DNA from: Bacteriovoracaceae bacterium
Lineage (GTDB): Bacteria > Bdellovibrionota > Bacteriovoracia > Bacteriovoracales > Bacteriovoracaceae
Length of the DNA stretch: 35,595 bases
Assembly (NCBI GenBank): GCA_049599895.1
Contig: JBMYPC010000012.1
Coordinates: 1 to 35,595, forward strand
Reading direction: 5' to 3'
Shown: positions 28,218 through 35,595 of the stretch, in pieces
Layout: each line of letters starts with the position of its first letter
Numbering within the stretch: the first letter of the stretch is position 1
Program-made: the position numbers and the translations under genes
Notes under the pieces: model-generated
Told to the model about the DNA's origin: nothing
The model's database searches: none
The model's input: only the letters and a program-made list of their open reading frames with translations

Positions 28218-29192
28218 ATGGAACAAAAAATTTTAAATCATGATTTCAAACTTAATGACTTTTTCTTTCCCGATGATGAAAGGATTAGTTCCTATGCGAG
28301 CACCGGTTGTTTTGATTATTTTAATTATGGAAAAAACTTACGGGCCTATTTGGTTTTCGAGTTTGGTAAAATCTTTAAAATATCAGATGAAAATCTCTAT
28401 CTCGTTGCAAGAGGGACTGAGCTTATTCACAATGCCACACTGACACATGATGATGTTATTGATGAATCTTTTTTTAGAAGATCAAGTGAGACAATCAATA
28501 AAAGATTAGGCAATAAAAAGGCAATACTTGTGGGAGACTACTTGCTTGCGAAGGCCTTGCATGAATTATCCCAATTGCAATCATCCGAGGTTATTGCTGA
28601 ATTAGCTCTTTGCTTTAAAAAGATGGTTGACGGAGAATGGTTTCAAATGGAAAACCAGTCACCCTATCAAGTTCGTTATGAAGAGTATGTGAACCTTGCA
28701 AAACTTAAAACTGGGGCTTTATTTGGGTTTTCATTTGTTGCTCCTTATCTTCTTTATTCAAAAAATAAACAGAACCTTCAAACATTAAAAGAAATTGGTG
28801 ATTTAATTGGTGTCATTTTTCAGATGAAAGATGATCTTAAGGATTTCTCTTTAGACTTAAGTAAAACTCCTTTTCTTGATTTTACAAATAATAATCCTAA
28901 TATTGTTTTCTCCGATCTTGATCAAAGCTTTAATGAAGAGCAATTGAACATTCTTTTAAAAGAAAGTTCATTTCATAACCTTCCCAATGAAATGAAGGAA
29001 GTGATCCATAAAAGATTTATTGTCGTGAAAAACAAGAAAGTTGATCTTAAAAAAGATCTTGAAGATAAGATTGATCAATTTTGTAAACGCCATGATGATG
29101 AACAGCAAAGAGAGAAACTTAATAAACTTTTTGAACAAATACTGAATATTCTCACATTAAAAGGTCAATTTTATGAAAAACAATTCTCATAA
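28218..29192 (+). CDS. trans-Polyprenyl diphosphate synthase
   Basis: GKNLR, ELIHNATLTHDDVID..RR (FARM), AILVGDYL, KTGALF and FQMKDDLKD (SARM). Confidence 0.92.
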   Translation: MEQKILNHDFKLNDFFFPDDERISSYASTGCFDYFNYGKNLRAYLVFEFGKIFKISDENLYLVARGTELIHNATLTHDDVIDESFFRRSSETINKRLGNKKAILVGDYLLAKALHELSQLQSSEVIAELALCFKKMVDGEWFQMENQSPYQVRYEEYVNLAKLKTGALFGFSFVAPYLLYSKNKQNLQTLKEIGDLIGVIFQMKDDLKDFSLDLSKTPFLDFTNNNPNIVFSDLDQSFNEEQLNILLKESSFHNLPNEMKEVIHKRFIVVKNKKVDLKKDLEDKIDQFCKRHDDEQQREKLNKLFEQILNILTLKGQFYEKQFS

Positions 29193-30051
29193 ACAAGAAC
29201 TCTGGGAACCAGTTGATGGTTTTGATTTTGATGATATCACTTATCATCGCTGCAAAACGGCAAAACTCTTGCGAGTGGCTTTTGATAGACCGGAATGCCG
29301 AAATGCTTTCAGGCCTCAAACTGTTGATGAACTTTACCTTGCTTTAGATCATGCAAGATCTCAATCTGATATCGGAACGGTAATGATCACTGGTAATGGG
29401 CCATCTCTAAAAGATGGTGGTTGGGCCTTTAGCTCCGGCGGAGACCAAGCAGCACGAGGAAGTGATGGTTATAAATATGGAAAAAATGAACAAACTTTAG
29501 GACGACTCCATGTTCTTGAAGTTCAAAGACTCATTCGTTTTATGCCTAAAGTTGTAGTTGCTGCTGTGAATGGTTGGGCTGTTGGTGGAGGCCATTCTCT
29601 GCATGTGGTTTGTGACCTTTCAATTGCTTCTGAGGAGCATGCAAAGTTTCTGCAAACAGATCCTGATGTTGCTAGTTTTGATGCTGGTTATGGTTCTGCC
29701 TACTTGGCGAGAAATATTGGCCAAAAGAGAGCTCGTGAAATCTTTTTCCTAGGTAAAACTTACAGTGGCCAGGAAGCTTATAGTATGGGTATGGTCAATG
29801 AGGTTGTCCCTCATGAAAGCTTAGAGGATAGGGTTATTGAATGGGCCCAAACCATCTCTAAGAAATCTCCAACAGCAATGAGGATGTTGAAATACGCATT
29901 TAATCTCATTGATGATGGTTTAGTTGGTCAGCAGATCTTTGCTGGTGAAACAACGAGATTAGCCTATGGAACTCCCGAGGCAGAAGAGGGAAGAAATTCT
30001 TTTTTGGAAAAAAGGGAAAAGGATTTTGATAAATTTCCCTGGCATTATTAG
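29173..30051 (+). CDS. menB: 1,4-Dihydroxy-2-naphthoyl-CoA synthase
   Basis: RNAFRPQTVDEL, GWAFSSGGDQ, RLHVLEVQRLIRFMPK, GGGHSLHVVCD and SFDAGYGS motifs. Confidence 0.97.
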   Translation: MKNNSHKQELWEPVDGFDFDDITYHRCKTAKLLRVAFDRPECRNAFRPQTVDELYLALDHARSQSDIGTVMITGNGPSLKDGGWAFSSGGDQAARGSDGYKYGKNEQTLGRLHVLEVQRLIRFMPKVVVAAVNGWAVGGGHSLHVVCDLSIASEEHAKFLQTDPDVASFDAGYGSAYLARNIGQKRAREIFFLGKTYSGQEAYSMGMVNEVVPHESLEDRVIEWAQTISKKSPTAMRMLKYAFNLIDDGLVGQQIFAGETTRLAYGTPEAEEGRNSFLEKREKDFDKFPWHY

Positions 30052-30054
30052 GAT

Positions 30055-30567
30055 ATGAAAAACTCGAATCTCAAAGACCTTTCTAATCTTATTGGCGATT
30101 TTATTGAATACTGGGGATTTAAAAAAATTCACGGTCAAATTTGGACATATCTTTATTTAAGAGAAGATCCTATCGCCTCAAGAGAGATTCGAGAAGAATT
30201 AGGAATTTCCAAGGCCCTCCTAAGTCTGTCTTTAAATGAATTAAAAGAATATGAAGTTGTCTATAGCGCGGGCACAGGTAAACACGGTGTTGAATTAATT
30301 GAGGCCAATCCTGATATTATTGGCGTTATTCTTAATGTCATTCGTTTTCGAGAAAAGAAAATGATTAATGATGTTGAGTTAAAATTAAAAGAGCTATCTC
30401 AAAATAAGGATCTTTTAAAAGATGACTATCCTGTCTCAAGGTCACGATTGGCCAGTCTTTCTAAATTTGTGGGTTATTCATCGAAGATGGTCAATGGGCT
30501 TGTTAAACTTGATCTTATTAGTTTTTCCTCTTGGAAAAACTTTCGTGGGAAGTCTCAGGAACTCTAA
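30055..30567 (+). CDS. GbsR/MarR-family winged-helix transcriptional regulator
   Basis: GDFIEYWGFKKIHGQIWTYLYL...EIREELGISKALLSLSLNELKEY matches the GbsR-type wHTH pattern; 3 nt after menB. Confidence 0.8.
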   Translation: MKNSNLKDLSNLIGDFIEYWGFKKIHGQIWTYLYLREDPIASREIREELGISKALLSLSLNELKEYEVVYSAGTGKHGVELIEANPDIIGVILNVIRFREKKMINDVELKLKELSQNKDLLKDDYPVSRSRLASLSKFVGYSSKMVNGLVKLDLISFSSWKNFRGKSQEL

Positions 30568-30571
30568 GGAG

Positions 30572-30580
30572 CTCTAAGAC
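30572..30580. repeat. 9-bp direct repeat CTCTAAGAC, right boundary of the men cluster
   Basis: Identical to 22307-22315; a partial copy CTCTAAG also lies at 30562-30568. Confidence 0.5.
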
Positions 30581-31719
30581 AATACCTCATTTTTCATTTT
30601 AAAAAATTTGTTCGACACTTGAATTCCACCATGTCCGAATTTAAGCTGATCAATATATTGATAACTCTTATGTTTTTCATGGTTGTATTGATTCCAAAAC
30701 GTACTTGGTAACATGATACTTAGAACTTCAACATTCTGCTCTTTTGAAAACTGAAAAAGCTCATCAATTAAAGTTTGAAGGTTTTGAACCCCAATTTTTT
30801 TTCCATAGGGAGGGTTTGTGCAAATAATTTTAGTATTTTTCGAGTCTGTTTGTAGCTGACAAGATTGAAATAATTGATTTAACAAAATGATATCACTGTC
30901 ATTGTTGGGATTGAGGTTGTTTTTAAGACCTAGATACTGTTGAGAGTTCTTCTCAATACCTATCGCTTTTCGGGCCGGTTTGAATGAACAGGGATTAGAG
31001 AGGTGGTTTTTTTCTCGACTCAAAAATACCGGGAGTTGTTCGAATGAAAATTCTCTTTTTGAGTTTTGGTCTATTGTTTTGGCCTCAAGTAGAAAGCTGC
31101 CCGCACCGGCCATAGGATCAATAATGCAGACTTCATCACTTTCAACTAAGCTTATTGCTTTTATGTAAATTGCCGCTGCATAATTTTCTCTTAAAGGGGC
31201 TTTCCCAGGACTTCTTTTGAGTCCTCTTTTATAGAGAGGATCTCCGCTTAGATCAAGAGAGACTTGAACCTCATCATCGACAATTCTGATGAAAATGGTG
31301 GGAGCCGATTTACTTATTTTCAATTCCATGAGAGATTTTTTAGTTGGATTGCCTTTAAAAAAGTCTTTGATGGCCTTTGTTATTGAGCTTTTAATGCGAT
31401 CAGTATGAATGAGTCTAGAGTTCTTAGTGCTGGCCTGAACCTCGGTTTGTTCATTGAGAAGATAATTTTTCCAATTGAGGTTTTTGGTTTTTTTATAGAG
31501 TTTCGGGAAATCTCTCGCCTTAAAAGATTCGATTCTTAAAAGAACTCGATTGGGAGTCTTACACCAAAGATGAATTTTTTCAATGAGGTGTAAGGGGGCA
31601 AGTACATCAACTCCACCATGAGTCATCACCAGATCTTTCAGTTCAGTTGAAAAGTATCTTTCTAGCTCAAGGACCAAAATTTCTTCAAGCCCTGGAGTGA
31701 CTTGAACAAAGAGGTTCAC
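30574..31719 (-). CDS. THUMP-domain SAM-dependent RNA methyltransferase (RlmL/YpsC-like)
   Basis: PGLEEIL..EL, DLSGDPLYKRG, APLRENYAAA, DPMAGAGSFLLEA and TNPPYG motifs. Confidence 0.88.
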   Translation of the reverse strand: MNLFVQVTPGLEEILVLELERYFSTELKDLVMTHGGVDVLAPLHLIEKIHLWCKTPNRVLLRIESFKARDFPKLYKKTKNLNWKNYLLNEQTEVQASTKNSRLIHTDRIKSSITKAIKDFFKGNPTKKSLMELKISKSAPTIFIRIVDDEVQVSLDLSGDPLYKRGLKRSPGKAPLRENYAAAIYIKAISLVESDEVCIIDPMAGAGSFLLEAKTIDQNSKREFSFEQLPVFLSREKNHLSNPCSFKPARKAIGIEKNSQQYLGLKNNLNPNNDSDIILLNQLFQSCQLQTDSKNTKIICTNPPYGKKIGVQNLQTLIDELFQFSKEQNVEVLSIMLPSTFWNQYNHEKHKSYQYIDQLKFGHGGIQVSNKFFKMKNEVLS

Positions 31720-31845
31720 CTCATCGGTTTCCTTTAATATGGTTGGTGAAGATTTTTGATTGATTTGATACCCTTAATCTTGAGAGAAATAAATATTCAA
31801 AAACAGTACCTGAGATTGACATATTTTTCGAGTTTCATTGGATTC

Positions 31846-31874
31846 TTTACAAAGATTCAAAAGATTCGTAGCTT
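31846..31874 (+). promoter_or_regulatory. sigma70-type promoter, candidate leaderless transcript
   Basis: TTTACA-N17-TAGCTT-N6-ATG(31881); no convincing SD before the ATG. Confidence 0.5.
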
Positions 31875-31880
31875 AGAAGA

Positions 31881-32579
31881 ATGAAAGGCGAACTCATCCT
31901 TATTCCAACTCCTATTAGTGAAGATAAGAATCTTCATCAAGACTCTATTGAAGCTATTAATCAAACCCTAGGTTCTACTGATGAGGTTCTTTTTGTTGTG
32001 GAAGAGCATAAAATTGCCAGAAGGAGATGGATCAAGTGGGGGCTAGAGAGAAGTCTTATTGATCAGTTTATCATTTACAATGAGCAAACTTGGCATGATG
32101 AGGTTGACCCATTAATTGAAAAGCTGAAAAAAGGTTTTAAGGTTTTTATCCAAAGTGATGGTGGCCTTCCTGGCCTTTTTGATCCTGGAAGAGAGCTCAT
32201 CTTTCGCTCTTGGGAAAATGGAGTCAATGTTACTTCATTGAATTTCGATAATAGCGTGGTTTTAGCTCTGACTCTCAGTGGTTTTAGAAATACAAGTTTT
32301 GAAGTTAAAGGCTTTATTCCCCGAAAAGCCGATGAGCGCGAAAAGTTTTGGAAGCAAATGAATTCTTGCAAACAAACTGCAGTGATTATGGATACTCCCT
32401 ATAGGCTTTCTAAAGTGATTCAAGAATTACAAGGTTCGATAACTAACCAAAATCGCTTAGTTTACATCGGTTGCAATCTCAATACAAAAGAGGAGTTTTC
32501 CTACTGGGGCACAATAAAGTCCTTAAAGAGCTTTTCTGGGCCGGAAAAGGCCAATTTTGTTCTTTGTTTGTCTCAATAA
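31881..32579 (+). CDS. Tetrapyrrole-methylase-fold SAM methyltransferase (RsmI-like)
   Basis: GELILIPTPI, SDGGLPGLFDPG, ALTLSGF, GFIP and MDTPYR motifs. Confidence 0.85.
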   Translation: MKGELILIPTPISEDKNLHQDSIEAINQTLGSTDEVLFVVEEHKIARRRWIKWGLERSLIDQFIIYNEQTWHDEVDPLIEKLKKGFKVFIQSDGGLPGLFDPGRELIFRSWENGVNVTSLNFDNSVVLALTLSGFRNTSFEVKGFIPRKADEREKFWKQMNSCKQTAVIMDTPYRLSKVIQELQGSITNQNRLVYIGCNLNTKEEFSYWGTIKSLKSFSGPEKANFVLCLSQ

Positions 32580-32698
32580 TATCAGCTACTTAAACTACTC
32601 GTTTCTTTTTCTATTAGATTATTTCAATGCATTCTTAACGACTTAAAAAAAAAGTGATAACAATGAGCTTCAAAATTTAAGACAAAAGGCGTTAAGCG

Positions 32699-33820
32699 TT
32701 GGATATATCTGAACTTCCACATAAAGGAACTTCCGAGAGCGGTTTGAAAACCGCTGACAATGAGCAAGCAGCACTTCGAAAAGAAGGCCATATTGAGCTT
32801 GCTCTCGATTCTCAAGTTGCTCAAAAAAATGCTGGCAGCATATTTTCAAAAAACTTTCACTACGAACCATTACTCGGAGTTCATCCTTCCCATTCTCTTG
32901 AGTTTTCTCATCAAAATTTTGAAAATTCCTTTGTTGGCAAACGCATGAAATGGCCAATTATGATTTCTTCAATGACTGGTGGTTCTCGTTCGGCAGGATT
33001 GATCAATAAACGTTTGGCCAAAACAGCAAATCGATTTGGACTTGCTATGGGTCTTGGATCTTGTCGGGCACTTCTGGAATCAAAAGAGCGATTATCTGAT
33101 TTTGATGTTCGAGCAGACTTGGGAGAGGAGTCTCCTTTATTTGCGAACATTGGGATTAACCAGCTTGAGAGTCTTGTTGAGAACAAAGAACTCGATCGTT
33201 TAGAAGAACTTGTTGAAATCCTCCGTTGCGATGGAATTATTGTTCATATTAATCCTTTGCAAGAATGGTTTCAGCCTGAGGGTGATCGCCTTCAAAAACC
33301 AGCAATTGAAACTCTGAAAAGTTTTATAAAGAATTTTAAGTATTCAGTTATTGTCAAAGAGGTGGGGCAGGGCTTTGGACCTCAAAGTCTGAAGGAACTT
33401 TTAAAGCTTCCCCTTACTGCAATCGATCTTAGTGGCTTTGGAGGAACAAACTTTTCAAAGCTTGAGTCATTACGACTTGAGGAGAAATGCTCTCGGTCTT
33501 TTCAGCAAGGTCTTATAGGACAGGGTCATAGTAATGTTGAGATGCTTCAGTTTATCGAAGATATTTTCAATGATGATCAAAATCTCTTTAAACAAGTTCG
33601 AGAGCGTAAAACAAAACTTATATTTTCAGGTGGTATAAAGGATTTTCTTGAAGGAATAGGCTTTATTGAGGCCTCACCGATAAGTGCCTTGTACGCACAA
33701 GCAAAAGATTTTCTTGTTCATGCAATGAATTCACAGGAAGAGTTAGATGAGTATGTTCAGTCCCAGATTGAAGGTATTCAACTTGTTCAACAGTTTTTTA
33801 AAACGAAAGGCGGAGATTAG
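32699..33820 (+). CDS. fni: Type 2 (FMN-dependent) isopentenyl-diphosphate isomerase
   Basis: RKEGHI, ISSMTGG, GLGS.R, HINPLQE..QPEGD, VKEVGQG and GGTNF motifs; TTG start position uncertain. Confidence 0.93.
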   Translation: MDISELPHKGTSESGLKTADNEQAALRKEGHIELALDSQVAQKNAGSIFSKNFHYEPLLGVHPSHSLEFSHQNFENSFVGKRMKWPIMISSMTGGSRSAGLINKRLAKTANRFGLAMGLGSCRALLESKERLSDFDVRADLGEESPLFANIGINQLESLVENKELDRLEELVEILRCDGIIVHINPLQEWFQPEGDRLQKPAIETLKSFIKNFKYSVIVKEVGQGFGPQSLKELLKLPLTAIDLSGFGGTNFSKLESLRLEEKCSRSFQQGLIGQGHSNVEMLQFIEDIFNDDQNLFKQVRERKTKLIFSGGIKDFLEGIGFIEASPISALYAQAKDFLVHAMNSQEELDEYVQSQIEGIQLVQQFFKTKGGD

Positions 33821-33822
33821 TC

Positions 33823-35157
33823 GTGGCCGTAGAAATAACAGGTTTTAGCCGATTAAGTAAGGATGAGAAAATCAAGTTCCTCGATAACGAACACAAAGAG
33901 CGTTATGGTTTTTCAATCGAAAGCACACTGAAAAGTTTTTGGCATGGAGACGAAAAACAACAACAAGTGATTGATGAATTCAGCGAGAATACGATTTCAA
34001 ACTTTGTTCTCCCTTTTGGAATTGTTCCCAATGTGATGATCAACGACCACGTTTATAATGTCCCCATGGCCATTGAAGAGAGTTCTGTTGTTGCTGCCTG
34101 TTCAAAGAGTGCTAAATTTTGGCTTGCCCGTGGTGGGATAAAAGCTGAAGTCGTTTCCACAAAGAAAGTGGGTCATGTTCATTTTTCATACTCAGGAAGT
34201 TCCGAAAAACTCTTTCAGTTTTTCGAGCAAAAAAAGAGTGATCTTCTCAAAATGATATCACCTCTTACAAAAAGTATGGAAAAGAGGGGTGGTGGAGTTC
34301 TTGATATTCACCTTAAGGATCAAACTAAAAAATTAGAAAATTATTATCAGATCGAAGCGGAGTTTGAGACCTGTGATGCTATGGGCGCCAATTTCATAAA
34401 TTCCGTTCTTGAAAGCCTCGCTGAGAATTTTAAAATGATCGTTGTGAGTGATTTGATGAACTTTGATTCTAATCAGAGTTTAGATTTTGAAATTATCATG
34501 GCGATACTTTCAAATTACACTCCAGAATGTATTGCAAAAGTTGAAGTTTCCTGTCCTGTGGAAGATCTTGAAATTAAAAAATTGGGAATCAGTGGTAAAG
34601 AGTTTGCTGAAAAATTCTTAAGGGCCATCCAGATTGCGAGAGCTGATGTTTCAAGAGCTGTGACTCATAATAAAGGAATCTTTAACGGTATTGATGCTGT
34701 GGTTCTTTCCACTGGTAATGATTTTCGTGCTGTTGAGGCTTGTGGGCATGCTTATGCCTCTCGTGATGGAAGCTATAGAGGTCTTACTCTGTGTGAAATT
34801 GAAGATGGCCTTTTTAAGTTTAGACTTGAAATGCCACTTGCCATTGGGACAGTCGGAGGTCTAACAAATCTTCATCCTCTTTCAAGACTCGCGCTTGATT
34901 TACTTGAAAAGCCAAAAGCCGAAGATCTCATGAAAGTGATTCTTTCTGTAGGGCTTCTTCAAAACTTTGCAGCGGTTTCATCGCTGATAACAACAGGAAT
35001 TCAAAAAGGTCATATGAAAATGCACCTTTTAAATATTCTGAGACATCTCGAGGCAAGCGAAAGAGAAGTTGAATTAACCAAAGATTATTTTGATGAAAAA
35101 GTAGTGAGTTTCAGTTCGGTTAAAGAATTTGTGAGTCGCTTAAGGGACAACCAATAG
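33823..35157 (+). CDS. mvaA: Hydroxymethylglutaryl-CoA reductase, class II
   Basis: EFSENTI, PMAIEESSVVAA, DAMGANFIN, THNKGIFNG, GNDFRAVEA, GTVGG and GIQKGHMKMH motifs. Confidence 0.95.
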   Translation: MAVEITGFSRLSKDEKIKFLDNEHKERYGFSIESTLKSFWHGDEKQQQVIDEFSENTISNFVLPFGIVPNVMINDHVYNVPMAIEESSVVAACSKSAKFWLARGGIKAEVVSTKKVGHVHFSYSGSSEKLFQFFEQKKSDLLKMISPLTKSMEKRGGGVLDIHLKDQTKKLENYYQIEAEFETCDAMGANFINSVLESLAENFKMIVVSDLMNFDSNQSLDFEIIMAILSNYTPECIAKVEVSCPVEDLEIKKLGISGKEFAEKFLRAIQIARADVSRAVTHNKGIFNGIDAVVLSTGNDFRAVEACGHAYASRDGSYRGLTLCEIEDGLFKFRLEMPLAIGTVGGLTNLHPLSRLALDLLEKPKAEDLMKVILSVGLLQNFAAVSSLITTGIQKGHMKMHLLNILRHLEASEREVELTKDYFDEKVVSFSSVKEFVSRLRDNQ

Positions 35158-35160
35158 GAA

Positions 35161-35430
35161 ATGATGACACGAAATTACGATGTAAAAGAATTAATTAAAA
35201 GTAATGATCAGAGAGTGAATTCCCACACAAGACATCAGAGCTTTAGAGGTAATGGAAAGTTTTTACTTTCGGGAGAATATCTCATCCTTGATGGAGCCAA
35301 AGGGTTGGCCCTACCAACGAAGCTTGGACAGAATCTCTCAGTTCGTTATAGTCAAAGCTTTGATCCCTGTTTGCGTTGGAGAAGTTATGATCACCAAGGC
35401 AAGCTTTGGTTTGATGCTTCTTTTGAGTTT
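35161..35430 (+). CDS. GHMP kinase of the mevalonate operon (GYDIA-family-like), 5' part only, truncated at an apparent chimeric junction
   Basis: FRGNGKFLLSGEYLILDGAKGLALPTKLGQ and W.S.D..GK.WF. Similarity stops at ~35430, before any GHMP ATP-binding loop. Confidence 0.75.
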
Positions 35431-35594
35431 ACATTAGGTGTATTTGTTTTCAAAGCCCCAAATATTTTGTCGTATTCACTGTTTAGTAGTTCATTTTTAG
35501 TGTTACCAAGTAGAAAAATACTATCTCCATCTTCAGGGGATATTTTTGTTAAATGAGAGAGTTTATCTACAATTCCTATCGACGAAATAAGGAG
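35415..35594 (-). other. Internal fragment of a PurL-like (FGAM synthase / AIR-synthase-related) coding sequence, inverted relative to the mevalonate operon
   Basis: Manual translation LLISSIGIVDKLSHLTKISPEDGDSIFLLGNTKNELLNSEYDKIFGALKTNTPNVNSKEA resembles the PurL pattern LLISxxG...GDxIYLLGxTxxELxxSEY...PxV. Confidence 0.6.
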
Positions 35595-35595
35595 A

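Noticed and set aside
31721..31747. Third sigma28 promoter (ACCGATGA on the minus strand) before the THUMP gene
   Set aside because: No TAAA/TCAA -35 element at 15-nt spacing, and the box abuts the start codon.
35431..35556. Hydrophobic C-terminal tail of the 131-aa kinase ORF as a membrane anchor
   Set aside because: It is the antisense reading of the purL-like fragment beyond the apparent junction.

Overview
AT-rich bacterial chromosomal fragment, most likely from a predatory Bdellovibrionota (Bacteriovoracia/Halobacteriovorax-like). This placement is inferred from a TIGR02147 regulator, FliA-type promoters, Cys-rich secreted proteins and the mevalonate pathway. The left third holds secreted/surface orphans: a partial secreted ORF, a ~1700-aa Cys-rich lipoprotein and a tandem pair of apparent paralogues. 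It also has two sigma28-type promoters, a GTAG-type REP-like doublet and an RDD-domain gene coupled to uppP. The middle carries cinA, an FAD oxidoreductase, TIGR02147 plus a secreted HExxY protein, a DOMON-like gene, xth, mdh, a damaged outer-membrane beta-barrel gene and a U32 pair. The right part holds a divergent classical menaquinone cluster (menF-D-A-C-E / menG-polyprenyl synthase-menB-GbsR-type regulator). It has overlapping back-to-back sigma70-like promoters and is bounded by a 9-bp direct repeat (CTCTAAGAC). Two RNA methyltransferases and a mevalonate operon (fni, HMG-CoA reductase, GHMP kinase) follow. The last ~165 nt are an inverted purL-like fragment, probably a chimeric contig end. 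No rRNA, tRNA, CRISPR array, integrase or transposase was recognised. All family assignments are by motif recognition, without database searches.
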